Assembly: GCA_029558515.1 (NCBI GenBank)
Contig: JAKQEM010000024.1
Location: forward strand, 57,164-121,163
Source of the DNA: a bacterium
GTDB lineage: Bacteria; Patescibacteriota; Gracilibacteria; Peribacterales; Peribacteraceae
Direction: 5' to 3'
DNA: 64,000 nt
Below are positions 25,200-33,323 of this stretch, piece by piece. The translations under genes and the position numbers were made by a program. The notes beneath the pieces are model-generated. The model did no database searches. It worked only from the letters and a program-made list of their open reading frames with translations, and was not told the origin of the DNA. How positions within the stretch are numbered: the stretch's first letter is position 1; every line of letters starts with the position of its first letter.

Positions 25200-26387
25200 A
25201 TGAAAGTCGCTCTCGTCCATGAACTCCTCACTATGCGCGGCGGCGCCGAGCGCGTGCTGCGCGTCTTCGCACGACTATTTCCCGATGCGCCCATCTTTAC
25301 GCTCCTATATGACGAGAAGAAACTGGGCGACTGGTTTCCGCGAGAGCGCATCCGCACCAGCCCGCTGCAATCCAGAGCCCGCTTCCTGAATCATTTCGCA
25401 TTTCGCATTTCGCATTTCGCATTCGATCATCATCTCTACCTCCGCAGATTCCCCGCCGCAGTGGAATCCTGGGACTTCTCCGACTTCGATCTGGTCATTT
25501 CCAATTCATCCGCCTTCACCCACGGCATCCTGACCAACGGCAAACCCAAACACCTCTGCTTCGTGCAGTCTCCCGCCCGCTATCTGTGGGATCGGACGCA
25601 TGATGTGCTCTGGCAAGCGAGCACCGGTCCCTTTGGCCCGCTCAAGCGGTTCTATCTCTCACGCACATTCCATGACCTGCGCGTGTGGGATGCGGAAGCC
25701 GCCCCCCGCCCCGACGTGCTGCTGACATCCTCGCGCACGGTGCAACGTCGCATCCAATTGTACTGGAATCGCGAGAGCACGGTGCTCTATCCTCCCATTG
25801 ATGATTTCTGGTTTGAAAAGAAGCGAACAACGAACAACCCATTCGACACGCTCAGGGCAAGCGAACAACGAACAACATCGCCATTCCTCGTCGTCTCCAC
25901 CCTCGTTCCCTACAAGCGCATCGACATCGCCGTGGAAGCGTGTACGAGGGGGAACATTCCCCTGCTCATCGCCGGCGACGGGCCGGACCGGAAGAGACTG
26001 GAAAGAATAGCGGGACCGACCGTGCGGTTCCTCGGCTATCAACACAGTGAACAACTGAAGGAGCTGTATACGGAAGCCACGGCAACTCTCTTCGTCGGAC
26101 AGGAAGACTTCGGACTGGTCCCGCTGGAATCGATGGCATGCGGAACACCTGTGATCGCCTATCGTGCGGGAGGAGCGTTGGAAACGGTGATGGAGGGGGA
26201 AACGGGCACATTCTTTGATGAGCAAACGGCGGAAAACCTTCTGCGCACCATCCTCAACTTTGATCACAAAATATACTCAAAAGAAAAGTGCATAAAGAAC
26301 GCTGAAAAGTTCAGAGAATCAACGTTCGAACAACAATTGTTATCAAATATTGATGCATTGATGCATTCCGACGCCCGCAAAGGCTGA
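25200..26387 (+). CDS. GT4-family glycosyltransferase
   Basis: KVALVHELLTMRGGAERV is at the N-terminus. EDFGLVPLESMACGTPVIA..GGALETV is the E(x7)E region. Confidence 0.8.
   Translation: MKVALVHELLTMRGGAERVLRVFARLFPDAPIFTLLYDEKKLGDWFPRERIRTSPLQSRARFLNHFAFRISHFAFDHHLYLRRFPAAVESWDFSDFDLVISNSSAFTHGILTNGKPKHLCFVQSPARYLWDRTHDVLWQASTGPFGPLKRFYLSRTFHDLRVWDAEAAPRPDVLLTSSRTVQRRIQLYWNRESTVLYPPIDDFWFEKKRTTNNPFDTLRASEQRTTSPFLVVSTLVPYKRIDIAVEACTRGNIPLLIAGDGPDRKRLERIAGPTVRFLGYQHSEQLKELYTEATATLFVGQEDFGLVPLESMACGTPVIAYRAGGALETVMEGETGTFFDEQTAENLLRTILNFDHKIYSKEKCIKNAEKFRESTFEQQLLSNIDALMHSDARKG
25392..25426. repeat. In-frame CATTTCG heptamer array in the GT4 gene
   Basis: CATTTCG x4 followed by CATTCGA, translated HFAFRISHFAFD. 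The reverse complement of this word (GCGAAAT) recurs at 59357-59384. Confidence 0.9.
25821..25876. repeat. Two copies of AAGCGAACAACGAACAAC inside the GT4 gene
   Basis: An 18-nt direct repeat at 25821-25838 and 25859-25876, translated KRTTNN ... SEQRTTS. Confidence 0.85.
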
Positions 26388-26494
26388 TTTTGGCTAGACA
26401 ACAATCCACATTCGCATGCGTACCGCCTTGTATACATTTATTCTACAGGATAAGGTGTGCTGTGCTTGCTCACTCCGAATCTCCCTTCAGACGT

Positions 26495-26755
26495 ATGACA
26501 CATATTCTCCGTCGCATCGTCCTCACTTCCCTCACCCTGGCTTCGCTCGCACTGCCCCTGTCATCGGCTGCGTTCGGCGGAGAAATGAGCTGGGATCCCG
26601 CCGATACGGGCGGCGTGTTTCAAACTCCCGTTCGCATGCGCGGAGCGTATCTCTGGGTCACTCCTCTCTCCCGACGTGCCCATAGGATGCAACTGCGGCA
26701 GGAAAGACAAACGCGTCGCATGCTTCTCATGCACACAGCATTCCAAAGAAAATGA
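26495..26755 (+). CDS. Hypothetical small secreted protein
   Basis: Signal-like ILRRIVLTSLTLASLALPLSSAA. Weak call. Confidence 0.3.
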   Translation: MTHILRRIVLTSLTLASLALPLSSAAFGGEMSWDPADTGGVFQTPVRMRGAYLWVTPLSRRAHRMQLRQERQTRRMLLMHTAFQRK

Positions 26756-26789
26756 CTACGGGGAAACAACGGAGGTAAGTGCTACGCAG

Positions 26790-27176
26790 TCAGAGAACAA
26801 CCTCCGGATCGGGCATCGCTCTTTTTTTCTTTCGACGTGCGATCTGTTCACGAAACGCAGCGCAATATGTGTCTCCCTCATAACCCAATAACATGGAAAC
26901 GGCCGCATGTACGGCAAAAAGATCCAGAGTATCTTGTGAATCATGGGGTTTTGCCATTGTGCCAGTGATATCCAGTATCCTCTGTCTAACTGCCAGAGAT
27001 GTAGCCCATTGAGCATCCGAGCAACACCCCACCTTCCCAATGCCTATCCTATGCAATCCTTCCGCTACTGCTGCTGCCAATCCTCGCATGCGCTCAGTCA
27101 CGTCACAACCACAAGCGCCAATTTTATCGAGGATGGCCTGTGGTGTTAACTGATCCGGTAACTCCTGAGTGGGCAT
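26790..27176 (-). CDS. Hypothetical protein
   Basis: 128-aa ORF in an AT-richer segment. No family recognised. Confidence 0.4.
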   Translation of the reverse strand: MPTQELPDQLTPQAILDKIGACGCDVTERMRGLAAAVAEGLHRIGIGKVGCCSDAQWATSLAVRQRILDITGTMAKPHDSQDTLDLFAVHAAVSMLLGYEGDTYCAAFREQIARRKKKRAMPDPEVVL

Positions 27177-27265
27177 GATGCATACATTGAAGCATGCTAT
27201 ACATAGATGTCAATATCCGGTGACGCAGAACGAACTGATGAACAAACCAAAACCGGAGCATGTCG

Positions 27266-28351
27266 TCACAGCATCGCCTCCTGCACTCCCCCGGGCATCT
27301 GTCTGCCCAATTTTTCGTACGCACGCTTGGCGGCCATGCGGCCCTTCGGCGTGCGATGCACGTACCCGCGTTGCAGGAGGAACGGCTCGTACACGTCTTC
27401 GATCGTCTCCTGTTCCTCGGCCAACATCGCGGCGAGTGTGGAAAGCCCCACGGGCCCGCCTCCAAAGGTATCCACGATGATCGAGAGCAACTTGCGATCG
27501 GTGGCATCCAGCCCGTCGAAATCGATATCCAGAGAGGCAAGCGTCGATTCCACGCAGGCCAGATCGATGTGACTCTCTCCGCGAACTTGAGCGAAATCGC
27601 GAACAGCGCGCACCAGTCGGTTGCCGATGCGTGGCGTGGCGCGGCTTGCTCCGGCAATCAGGCGGGAAGCATCGTGATGCAACGCCGCTCCCAAAATGGA
27701 AGCGGACCGATCGACGATCTGCTTCATGTCGTCATCATCGTAAAATGCCAGCTTGAACGTGTGCAGGAAGCGGTCTCTGAGCGGCGCGGACACCGCCCCC
27801 GCTTTCGTGGTGGCGGCGACGAGCGTGAAGGGCTTGATGGTGAGACGCACGGACCGCGCGGTCGGCCCCTTGCCGATCATGATATCGAGGAGAAAATCTT
27901 CCATCGCGCCGTACAGCACTTCCTCAATGGCGGGGCGCAGGCGATGCACTTCATCGATGAAGAGTACGTCTCCCTCCGAAAGATTGGTGAGGATGGAAGC
28001 GAGATCCCCGGGCTTCTCGATGGCGGGGCCGCTGGTAACGCGAATCTGCGCATTCATCTCACTCGCGATGATGTTGGCGAGCGTGGTCTTCCCCAGGCCC
28101 GGCGGACCATGGAGGAGCGTATGCCCGAGCGGCTCACCCCTCAGGCGGGCAGCCTGCACGTGCACCAGAAGATGCTCTTTGATTTTGCTCTGTCCGACGT
28201 ATTCCTGCATGGAACGGGGGCGGAGGGATTGTTCCAACGCATCGCTCTCGTGCGGGAGTTTCGTCGGCTGCACCACGGTGGCTGCGTGAGCGGATTGCTG
28301 TCGCTGGATGACCATGGAGAGGAGCATACCAGAGAACGGTCGTGCACCCAT
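27266..28351 (-). CDS. ruvB: Holliday junction branch migration helicase RuvB
   Basis: LRPRSMQEYVGQ, LLHGPPGLGKTTLA and VLFIDEVHRL. The ORF opens at a TTG at 28366 and the ATG at 28351 was chosen. Confidence 0.9.
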   Translation of the reverse strand: MGARPFSGMLLSMVIQRQQSAHAATVVQPTKLPHESDALEQSLRPRSMQEYVGQSKIKEHLLVHVQAARLRGEPLGHTLLHGPPGLGKTTLANIIASEMNAQIRVTSGPAIEKPGDLASILTNLSEGDVLFIDEVHRLRPAIEEVLYGAMEDFLLDIMIGKGPTARSVRLTIKPFTLVAATTKAGAVSAPLRDRFLHTFKLAFYDDDDMKQIVDRSASILGAALHHDASRLIAGASRATPRIGNRLVRAVRDFAQVRGESHIDLACVESTLASLDIDFDGLDATDRKLLSIIVDTFGGGPVGLSTLAAMLAEEQETIEDVYEPFLLQRGYVHRTPKGRMAAKRAYEKLGRQMPGGVQEAML

Positions 28352-28436
28352 CGATAAGATTGACAAAATAGATGTTTAAATATTTAATAGTAATCCATCC
28401 GATGAGCCAGCGCTTCCCACGGCGCAATCTGACGGT

Positions 28437-29159
28437 ATGATGGAATCCTTCCCTTCTCCCTCCATGCACCCCGCTACCAAACTCTCCGTCACCCTCCTGC
28501 TCCTCGTCCTCCTCGGCGGGCTGGGAGCGGCGGATTACTTGCTGGCCGGCGGACGACTGACGGCGGATGTGACGACGGAAGAAACCGAGGGGACCGAGAG
28601 GACCGAAGTTCTCGAAGAGATCGAACCCACCGGGGATACCCGACAAAATGAGGTACCTGAGGAAACCGGGGCGACAACCCCGGGCGCTGAGACGGGAGAG
28701 ACGGTCCTCGCCCCCGCGGGAGCCGTCGCGAAAAATCAGGGAATCACGGTGGAACAAGCCGCGCAGCAGGAAGGATTCACCATGCAGGATACCGCTGAAC
28801 TGACACTGCTCTCGCAGATCATCACGGAGAACGTGCGCATCCGATCCGCGGTGCTCCTGAAGGATGGCGACCGTGCGGGCTCCGTGGCCTGGGTGGAATC
28901 CCCCGATGTCAAAAACATCTTCGTCGTACTGAAAGACTCGCTGATCACCGCGTTCTCGCCGCAGATGCGGGATCTGCGGGATGAGACGCTCCAGGAAACC
29001 GGCGCACCCGTCCGCAATATTCTCACCTTTCTCGATCCATCGCTCAGCGAAGAGCGCATCCTCTTCGTCCGTGTGCGCGAACGGCTCTTCGAATTCCACA
29101 TCGCATCCAAACAGGAGGAAGCCATGCAAACATTCGTCGACAGGTTGACGACGAGATGA
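28437..29159 (+). CDS. Hypothetical membrane-anchored protein
   Basis: N-terminal TM segment LSVTLLLLVLLGGLGAADYLL followed by an acidic Thr/Glu-rich linker. Confidence 0.5.
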   Translation: MMESFPSPSMHPATKLSVTLLLLVLLGGLGAADYLLAGGRLTADVTTEETEGTERTEVLEEIEPTGDTRQNEVPEETGATTPGAETGETVLAPAGAVAKNQGITVEQAAQQEGFTMQDTAELTLLSQIITENVRIRSAVLLKDGDRAGSVAWVESPDVKNIFVVLKDSLITAFSPQMRDLRDETLQETGAPVRNILTFLDPSLSEERILFVRVRERLFEFHIASKQEEAMQTFVDRLTTR

Positions 29160-29210
29160 GAACACACTACTCTGCGCCGCACCTCCGTTCGTTCCATCCC
29201 AGCGTCTCCT

Positions 29211-29633
29211 ATGGCAAAAGCGATCAAAAAAGTCATCAAAGTCATGGCAAAAGGCGGACAGGCGAACCCCGCCCCCCCGTTGGGACCTGCCCTCGGCCAA
29301 GCCGGCGTGGACATTCAGGGCTTCTGTACGCAATTCAACGCGGAAACCAAAGATCGCATGGGACAGCAGGTGCCCGTCGTGATCACCGTCTACGAGGATC
29401 GGAGTTTCTCCTTCGTCACCAAACAGCCGCCCGCATCGGAACTCATCAAGGAGAAAGCAAAAATCCAGAGCGGCAGCGGCGTTCCCAATAAAACGAAAGT
29501 CGGATCCATCTCCAAAGCGCAACTCCGTGAGATCGCTCAAACCAAGATGTCCGATCTCAACACGACGGATTTGGAGGCGGCGATGCAGTCCCTTGCCGGT
29601 ACCGCGCGGAGCATGGGAGTGACGGTGGAGTGA
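29211..29633 (+). CDS. rplK: 50S ribosomal protein L11
   Basis: [17 protein letters not shown] and [13 protein letters not shown] are the L11 signature. Confidence 0.95.
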   Translation: MAKAIKKVIKVMAKGGQANPAPPLGPALGQAGVDIQGFCTQFNAETKDRMGQQVPVVITVYEDRSFSFVTKQPPASELIKEKAKIQSGSGVPNKTKVGSISKAQLREIAQTKMSDLNTTDLEAAMQSLAGTARSMGVTVE

Positions 29634-29704
29634 GACGACGACAGAAGATAATTTTTATTTGTGGGAGCCCTTCGGGCATTTGCACCACATCCCCCCCATC
29701 CCCT

Positions 29705-30415
29705 ATGGCAGGAAACACCCGGAAGAGAAAAGCGAACGAACGGCCTCGTGGCAAGCAGTACCGCGAGAAAGCGGCACTCATCACGCAGGAGTGCTACCCG
29801 ATCGAGGAAGCAACGACGTTGCTCACGAAGCTTTCGACGACGAAATTCGACGCGACCGCAGAAGCCCACATCCGCATCAACGCCGATACCACCCAGGCCG
29901 ATCAGCTGGTGCGCACAACGGTCAACCTGCCTCATGGAACGGGTAAATCCGTTCGCATCGCCGCGTTTGTTCCGGATGATCAAATCAACGATGCCAAGAA
30001 AGCAGGCGCCGATCTGGCGGGCAGCGAGGAACTGATCAAAGCCATCGAGAGCGGTGAGATCAACTTCGACGTCGCCATCGCAATCCCCGCCATGATGAAG
30101 AGCTTGGGAAAGATCGCTAAAATCTTGGGGCAGAAAGGCATGATGCCAAACCCCAAGGCCGGCACGGTGACGGACAATATCGCCCAATCCATCGGCGAAC
30201 TCAAGAAGGGCCGCATCGAATGCCGCATGGACAAGTTCGGCATCATCCACGTTCCCTTCGGCAAGCTCTCTTTTGGCGGACAGAAACTGAAGGAGAATCT
30301 GGAAGCACTGCTTTCCGCGCTGGAGGAAGCCAAACCTTCCGGCATCAAGGGCACCTACATCCGCTCCCTCTCCATCGCCCCCACCATGGGACCGGGAGTG
30401 AAGGTGCAGATGTGA
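29705..30415 (+). CDS. rplA: 50S ribosomal protein L1
   Basis: The L1 pattern is KFDATAEAHIRIN, VNLPHGTGKSVRIAAF and MMPNPKAGTVT. ATG at 29705. Confidence 0.9.
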   Translation: MAGNTRKRKANERPRGKQYREKAALITQECYPIEEATTLLTKLSTTKFDATAEAHIRINADTTQADQLVRTTVNLPHGTGKSVRIAAFVPDDQINDAKKAGADLAGSEELIKAIESGEINFDVAIAIPAMMKSLGKIAKILGQKGMMPNPKAGTVTDNIAQSIGELKKGRIECRMDKFGIIHVPFGKLSFGGQKLKENLEALLSALEEAKPSGIKGTYIRSLSIAPTMGPGVKVQM

Positions 30416-31424
30416 GTGGAGAGTTGAGAGTGGAGAGTTTGATAGAACAAGACTCAAGACTCAAGACTTTCGTCACTTCCGCAAGCGTCTCCACCCGCAC
30501 CAACTTCTGCCGCAACTCTGCCGCGCCATCGAATCCTTTGACGTAACTCGCCAAGTGCCGGCGCATTTCCATCATGCCCCGCTTCTCCCCCTTCGTGGCG
30601 ACCGCGAGCGCGCAGTGCTCCAGTATAAGGGGGATTTTCTCCTGAAACGTGAGCCGATCCCTGCTTGAGACGGGATCTGCGTGTCCGCTCGCAAAGGCAT
30701 CGGCGACGTCCCGCAGGAGCCATGGATTGCCAAAGGTCGCGCGCCCCACCATGACGCCGTCGAGGTTGCCGATTTTTGCAAGAGCATCCGCCCCCGTCGC
30801 AATGTCACCGTTGCCGATGACGGGAATGGTACTGTGCCGCTTGAGTGCGTAGATCGGCTCCCAGTTCGCCGCGCCCCTGAATTGTTGTTGATACGTCCTG
30901 CCGTGGACGGAGAGCGCCTTCGCCCCGGCTTGCTCCAGAAGCGCGCCAAAGGAGAGCAATGTCTCCGCGCTGTCCCACCCCAACCGCGTTTTCACGCTGA
31001 CAGGGATGGAAACAGCCTGCACCGTGGCATGGACGAGTTCAGCCGCGAGCTCCGGTTGCCGGATGAGCGCCGCTCCATGACAGGAGGAGACAACTTTCGC
31101 CGCGGGACACCCCATGTTGATGTCAATCCCGTCAACACCCATCTGCTCGATCACCTTGGCGGCCTCCAGAAAATGCTCGGGCTTCTTCCCGAAGATCTGC
31201 ACGATGAACGGCCGTTCAACTACGGGATCGAAAGACAGCATGTGCATCGTCTTCTTCCCTTTGTGCGCGAGCGCATCCGTACTGAGGAGCTCCGTAAAGA
31301 CGACCGTCTGCGGTGCAAGACGCTTGATGAGCTGCCGATACGACGCATCCGTATAGCCGGCCATCGGCGCGAGCGCGAGGATGGGACGGGGGAGATCACC
31401 CCAGGAGAAGGAGGAAGTATGCAA
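30345..31424 (-). CDS. tRNA-dihydrouridine synthase with a repeat-derived C-terminal extension
   Basis: LAPMAGYTD and GIDINMGCPAAKV match the Dus family. The last ~40 codons run through a heptamer array and antisense into the rplA 3' end (71-nt overlap). Confidence 0.85.
   Translation of the reverse strand: MHTSSFSWGDLPRPILALAPMAGYTDASYRQLIKRLAPQTVVFTELLSTDALAHKGKKTMHMLSFDPVVERPFIVQIFGKKPEHFLEAAKVIEQMGVDGIDINMGCPAAKVVSSCHGAALIRQPELAAELVHATVQAVSIPVSVKTRLGWDSAETLLSFGALLEQAGAKALSVHGRTYQQQFRGAANWEPIYALKRHSTIPVIGNGDIATGADALAKIGNLDGVMVGRATFGNPWLLRDVADAFASGHADPVSSRDRLTFQEKIPLILEHCALAVATKGEKRGMMEMRRHLASYVKGFDGAAELRQKLVRVETLAEVTKVLSLESCSIKLSTLNSPLTSAPSLPVPWWGRWRGSGCRCP
30413..30468. repeat. Heptamer array between convergent rplA and dus
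   Basis: TGAGTGG AGAGTTG AGAGTGG AGAGTTT GATAGAA CAAGACT CAAGACT CAAGACT: 8 phased words starting at the rplA TGA. The first half is the reverse complement of the CACTCTC/AACTCTC family. Confidence 0.9.
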
Positions 31425-31513
31425 CGGAATAATGCGGAAAAAAAGCGAGCGTAAAACGCGTCACTCCCCTCCTAGAATAGCATGGGTATGCGTATCCTCG
31501 CAGATGAAAACCT

Positions 31514-31885
31514 ATGATGCGCTTTCGTTCTCTCATCGCGCTCCCCTCCCTGCTTGTTGCCCAAATGGCCTCTGCGCAACCGCTTCCTTCTGTAATCACG
31601 AACAAATGGGGAAACACCTGCGACTTCACCACGGGCAACCTCGATCCCTCCTGCATCCCCCTCTTCATCGGTCATCTCATTCAATTGGTGATGGGACTGG
31701 TCGGGACGTTCTTCCTGTTCAACATCATGTTCGCCGGTTATCAGATCGCCATCGGCGCGTGGAGCGGCGAGAAATCCAAGGGCAAGGACCGCTTGCTGTG
31801 GTCCGTCATCGGCCTGATCATCTGCGCCAGTGCGTTCCTGATCCTGGATGTCATACTGACAGTCGTGCTCGTTTCTCCCATCTGA
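31514..31885 (+). CDS. T4SS-pilin-like two-TM secreted protein
   Basis: Signal peptide ...AQMASAQ, followed by two helices flanking AWSGEKSKGKDR. Same architecture as 18299..19733. Confidence 0.6.
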   Translation: MMRFRSLIALPSLLVAQMASAQPLPSVITNKWGNTCDFTTGNLDPSCIPLFIGHLIQLVMGLVGTFFLFNIMFAGYQIAIGAWSGEKSKGKDRLLWSVIGLIICASAFLILDVILTVVLVSPI

Positions 31886-31898
31886 TCCCCCCGCTTCC

Positions 31899-33152
31899 AT
31901 GCCGAAGAAAAAAGATTCCGATTCGTTCACGTCCTTCCGCATCATCGGCAGAAAGGCACAGCAACTCCTGGAGCGAGCCGCGGAGTTGCGACAGAAAGAC
32001 ACAAGCGGAACCTCAACGCCGCCGCCCGTCGACCGGAAAGATACGCGAGAAGAGGTGACCGTACGCTTCTCCCTGGTCAACATTGCAGAAGTCGCGCTTC
32101 TGCTGCTGGCCATCGGCGTGGGCGTGACGCTGGTGGTGGTGCTCCGGGACAATATCATCGTGCTGCTGCTCGCTTTCTTTCTGGCAGCCATCATCGACCC
32201 GGGCGTACGCATGCTGGAGCGCAACGGTTTTCCCCGCGGCATCGCCGTGCTGCTCCAGTTTCTCCTCGCGATCTTCGTCTTCCTCTTCCTGCTGATCTCC
32301 CTCATTCCGATCCTCGCCTCGCAGTTGCAGCAAATCGCCATCCTCATCAATGACAGCGTCAACGCCTTCCTTCTTAATCCTCAAATCCATTTGCCGCTCG
32401 TCAGCGCCGAGCTGAACGTCCGTCTGACCACCTTGGTGGAAGCGACGCTGGCGAATCTCGCCATCACGCAATTCACGGACGCTCTACAGATCCTCAGCCA
32501 GAATATGTCCTCCGTCGCGCAGGGCTCCGTGCTCGTCCTCTCGCGCATCGCGGGCTCCGTCGGCAACTTCTTCATCACTCTCATCATCGTGCTGGTGCTG
32601 GCTTTCTTCATCCAGATCGAAAAAGAGCACATCCGCCAGTGGATCCGCAGCTTCTTCACTGCGCGCGGTCGCGCCTACATGGACCTGAAGGCGGATGCCA
32701 TCGGCGTGAAAATCGGACAGTGGGCGCGGGGACAGATACTGCTCGGAGTAGCCGTTGGCTTGCTCGTCTTCATCGCGCTCGCGATCCTCCGCATCCCGTA
32801 CGCCGCCACTCTCGCGGTGCTCGCGGGCTTCACGGAATTCATCCCGTACGTCGGCCCCCTCATCGCAGCCGTGCCCGCCGTGCTCATCGCGCTCACGGAA
32901 GGCGGCATTTTCTGGGCTCTCATCGTCATGGGCATCTACTACGTCATCCAGTGGTGTGAGAACAATCTGCTGGTACCGCTCATCATGAAACGCGCCGTCG
33001 GCCTCTCGCCCATCGCCATCATCTTCGCGATGCTCACGGGTCTCAGCTTCCCCTCCCTCATCCACCCCGTCCTCGGCCTCCTCCTCGCCGTTCCCGTCAC
33101 CACCATCATCGCCATCTTCCTGGATGATTACCGAGTGACGAAGAAAATTTGA
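31899..33152 (+). CDS. AI-2E family transporter (PerM-like permease)
   Basis: Multi-TM protein with GFTEFIPYVGPLIAAVPAVLIAL and NLLVPLIMKRAVGLSP motifs. Confidence 0.8.
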   Translation: MPKKKDSDSFTSFRIIGRKAQQLLERAAELRQKDTSGTSTPPPVDRKDTREEVTVRFSLVNIAEVALLLLAIGVGVTLVVVLRDNIIVLLLAFFLAAIIDPGVRMLERNGFPRGIAVLLQFLLAIFVFLFLLISLIPILASQLQQIAILINDSVNAFLLNPQIHLPLVSAELNVRLTTLVEATLANLAITQFTDALQILSQNMSSVAQGSVLVLSRIAGSVGNFFITLIIVLVLAFFIQIEKEHIRQWIRSFFTARGRAYMDLKADAIGVKIGQWARGQILLGVAVGLLVFIALAILRIPYAATLAVLAGFTEFIPYVGPLIAAVPAVLIALTEGGIFWALIVMGIYYVIQWCENNLLVPLIMKRAVGLSPIAIIFAMLTGLSFPSLIHPVLGLLLAVPVTTIIAIFLDDYRVTKKI

Positions 33153-33323
33153 GTGTTCCCAATGCAAATGTTGCGAATATATGACATTCCCCAATAAAAA
33201 CACTTTTTTAAGTTGCAGGAACTTCCCTTCTTTCGTCTCACTGTGGTAGAGTGCTACGAACTATCGTATGATTTATCACTCAAGAGAAATGAGTGACAAC
33301 GATAGCCTCTTTCTCCCCCCTTC

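Noticed and set aside
28134-29540. A 468-codon minus-strand ORF
   Set aside because: It is antisense to the ruvB 5' end, a hypothetical gene and rplK, and its composition (Arg/Gly/Asp-rich) has no motifs. It is a typical shadow ORF of GC-rich DNA. The same applies to 3346..4461, 36181..37512, 48990..50198, 50351..51460, 52686..53864, 27260..28357 and 14242..15270.
33249-33281. A CIRCE (HrcA) operator upstream of clpC
   Set aside because: The half-sites are in the wrong order and the spacing is 17 nt instead of 9 nt. It is kept only as a low-interest palindrome.
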